DNA of 64,000 nt from Eledone cirrhosa (lineage: Eukaryota): positions 22,444,001-22,508,000 of the forward strand of contig OZ024749.1 in the NCBI GenBank assembly GCA_964016885.1, read 5' to 3'. This document shows positions 59,845 to 64,000 of the stretch, piece after piece (position 1 is the first letter of the stretch; every line of letters starts with the position of its first letter). The notes beneath the pieces were generated by a model that saw nothing but the letters and a program-made list of their open reading frames with translations, did not search any database and had not been told where the DNA came from. Both the position numbers and the translations under genes were made by a program.

Positions 59845-60654
59845 AAATAATGAATAAAACAATGAAACAGTTCCTTATATTAAACAAAAAAAGTTCATTA
59901 TTTAACGATCGTTTCTAGGATATATATGTGTTAGAATTGGCATGCATATTCAACAGATCTATGTACAAAATTATACAAAATTATACAAACTATCAAAATT
60001 AAATATACATACCCAACACACATATATGCCGTCTTCAGAAATAATGAAATATATTTATTGATAATAACAACAATTCAAAATTTCAGGTCCGTTTGGGAAC
60101 AGAGTTCAAATTGACCAATGAAAATACAAACAATTTTATGCAGTTTGGTGTGTGTATATACATGTAATTAACTTCGTACACATATTTACATAAAGATATA
60201 TGTTCACATGCATACACATGCCAAAAAGATGTATGCAAATACAAAAATTCAAGGCTAATGTCTCTGTAAGTCTATAATCCACAGATAAAATGCGTATAGA
60301 CACATAAATATGAAATAAATGTATACACACATTCATATACTCACACATATTCGTACACTCACACACACACGCGCGTATATGCATAAACATACACATAACT
60401 ACGAACATACATACACACACACACCCCCACACACATATATATGTGCATATAGTATTATCATAAGCATATGGACATTAATGCACGCACATAAACACTGCCA
60501 CACATATTTAGATCAGGATACAGAAATTAGGTGGGAGGGGGGGAGAGGTCAGTATTCAACGGTTTCGGCAGACTGCCTATTTATAGATGTATCTATAAAC
60601 TTAGAAATAAAAAGAAAAGAAAAAGAAAAAAGAAAAAAGAAATATATCAAGAAA

Positions 60655-60693
<39 letters not shown>

Positions 60694-61108
60694 CACACAT
60701 ACACACACACACACACACATATATATACATATACATATATATATACACATATATACACACATACATATATATATACACATACATATACACATATATACAC
60801 ACACATATATACACACACATATATATATATACATACACATATACATACACACACATATATATATACAAACAAGTAAAATATAAAGTATACACCGATATAC
60901 ATACATATAGACATATAAATAAATACACACGCATACACACACATACATATACATACATATACATACACATATATACAAACACATACATACACATACATAT
61001 ACATACACATACCATATAAATACACATACACATACATAGACGCATACATATAGAGACACATACATATACACATATAAATACATAGACACATACACACATA
61101 AACACATA

Positions 61109-61139
<31 letters not shown>

Positions 61140-61184
61140 TACACACATATACACATACACGCATACAAATATATATATATATAC

Positions 61185-61225
<41 letters not shown>

Positions 61226-61285
61226 TATATACACTCACAACACTCGTATATATATACACACTCATACATATACACACATATACAT

Positions 61286-61338
<53 letters not shown>

Positions 61339-61479
61339 CATATATATACAGTCACACCTACATACACATATATATATAAATACACTCATATATATACACA
61401 CATACACATACATACCCACATATAAATATATATATATACATAAATATATATATATATACACACATACACACATACACAT

Positions 61480-61524
<45 letters not shown>

Positions 61525-61988
61525 CATACACATACATACACATATACACACATACATATATACTCACATACACACACCTACACATACATACACATACACA
61601 TATATAAAGATATATATACACACACACACACACACATATAATAAATATATATATATATATATATATACATATATATACATATACATACATATATACATAC
61701 ATACATACATATACATACATATATATACACGCATATACATACACACATACACACATACATACATACACACACACATACATACACACACATACATACTCAT
61801 ACATAGACTTAGATATATACTCACACACACATACGCACTTACATATACGCATATATACAAATACATACACATCCATATATGCGTATATACATACAAACAC
61901 CACTACACGCTCACACAACTCAGACATACAAAGAAAAAGGTATATACATATACATATATACACATATAAATAGAGATACATATACACA

Positions 61989-62022
<34 letters not shown>

Positions 62023-62122
62023 CCCACACATACGTACAACCATAAACAAACATACAAACACATACATACACACATACATACATATATATACACACACACA
62101 AAGACACACATACATATATATA

Positions 62123-62178
<56 letters not shown>

Positions 62179-62773
62179 CATACACATACACACACACATA
62201 TATAGACATGCACACACATACATACATACATACATACACATACACATACATATATATTAAAAAAAAAAAAAAATTTATACACACAGTCAGACAAATATGC
62301 ACACACATATACATATACACATATGTATATATATATATACACACACACATATACACACACACACATACATATATATACACACATACATACACACACACAT
62401 ATATATACATACATATACACACATCAACTACAAATATACAATATATATATATATATATATACACACACATATACATATTTTCACATATATATATACATAT
62501 ACTATATTATAATAATAAATAATACATATATATATATATATATATAGACATACATATATATACACACACACACACTCACATATATATGCGCACATACGTA
62601 CACATATACACATACACACATATACACATAGACATATACATGTGCATACATGTACATACACACATATACCCACATAGATACAAAGATACACATATATATA
62701 GAGAGACATACATATACATACACATATATACACACACATACATACACACATACATATATATACATACACGTAT

Positions 62774-62844
<71 letters not shown>

Positions 62845-62960
62845 CATATATATATACACACAATCATACACCCTTATTTGCATGCGCATATATGTATTTT
62901 TATACTTACAAATAAACACCCAAACATATATACACCTACCTACATATACATACATACACG
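60655..62960. repeat. Long degenerate (TA/CA)n microsatellite field
   Basis: Directly visible. Confidence 0.95.
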
Positions 62961-63341
62961 CTTACAAATACAAATAATAATAGTAGGGGGGAAAGGGGGG
63001 GGGGAGAAGGGGATTATAGTAAATATATGTTTCAAGAAACATAGAATATTAATCTGTATTTGGATCTCAATATGTGTTTACATAGTTTCAGTATTAGGAA
63101 ATGCAAGAAAGAAGGCAAAATTATGCGTTTCAATATAAGTATACCATTAATTATAGGTTAACTAAACTAAAGATAGTTAATATATTGATTTCTAAGGTGT
63201 AAATTACTTAGGTTTATAATATTTGAAGCAGAATTTTGAAGTTAAATAGTAGTAGAGTATTAATTATAGTATAACTAAATTAAAATTATTAACGTTATGG
63301 TATCAATATTAGGAAATGAATTTAGTAATATATATATATAT

Positions 63342-64000
63342 AACGAAGGAAATGTGGTAAGGAACCAGGTGGACCATAACGCACCAAAGTACTCAATACT
63401 TAGGGTAGTGAGGACGGAAACCTCCAACAAAGCTTATATAGGTTTAACCGCATGTGACTTCAAGACCCGGCTATACCATCACAGAGATACCTCCCGAAAC
63501 CCGGCCCGGCGTCGCGCCACCACACTATCGGGCCACATCTGGGACCTTAAGGATAACAATATTACCTATGATCTCAGTTGGAATTACTGTCCAGAGCCAA
63601 CTCTTACACGGGAGGACGCCGTCCGTGCAATTTATGCTCGGAGGAAACTTTACAAATGCTGTTTTCGCCGGACCAACTCCTAAACAAGAAGGACGAACTG
63701 GTAACTGCATGCAAACGCAGATTGCGTAGGACTTACCTCGCCCTCAAACCCCATAATGACCTGGGGGTGGGGGCGTAGACAGGGGCTTTAACACCCCACT
63801 TGCCGACTTCGTAATGGGTAACCCCTGCTTGCAAAGGTAGACGTGAAATCTTCTTTTATAGCTTTTTATCGCTTCCTCTATATTTCCTTCTTCCCACCAT
63901 CCCTTCCTAGTCCTTCCACCCCAGTCCTCTTTCTTTGTCGTCGTCCTTTTCACTTTCTCGCCCACCCGAGGCAGCCCCTCAGTCCTTTGTAGCCTCAGTA
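63342..64000 (+). mobile_element. Penelope-like (Nematis-type) GIY-YIG 3' fragment, frameshifted
   Basis: YIGLT..FKTR..H..TTLSGHIWDLK..W / ELL..Y..CNLC.EE..LLNKKDELVTAC. Preceded by a ~65-bp terminal segment also found at 47013-47080. Confidence 0.8.

Noticed and set aside
60549-62955. Many YI/CV/HT-repeat ORFs here and throughout the window
   Set aside because: Translations of (TA)n and (CA)n microsatellites.

Overview
This is a gene-free, AT-rich eukaryotic window made almost entirely of microsatellites ((TA)n, (CA)n, (GA)n, (TATG)n, (TAA)n, (GGT/GTT)n) and transposable elements. The SINE family and repeat landscape suggest a cephalopod (octopus-like) genome, but that assignment is an inference. 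Recognisable elements are: a head-to-tail array of R4/Dong-type REL-endonuclease non-LTR retrotransposons in (TAA)n (52.4-59.4 kb, one near-full-length copy); a second, divergent R4-like element at the left edge; fragments of Tx1/L1, RTE and CRE LINEs; three different Penelope-like (GIY-YIG) 3' fragments; tRNA-derived SINEs; and Helitron, mariner and hAT remnants. The most notable signal is a dense set of non-coding 'foldback + tail' elements embedded in (TA)n, many carrying type I hammerhead ribozyme folds found by eye. These include a 442-bp tandem repeat with one hammerhead per unit (retrozyme/circRNA-like) and a recurrent CCGANGA (U4C) core variant. No host protein-coding gene could be supported. 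All structure calls are manual and untested.
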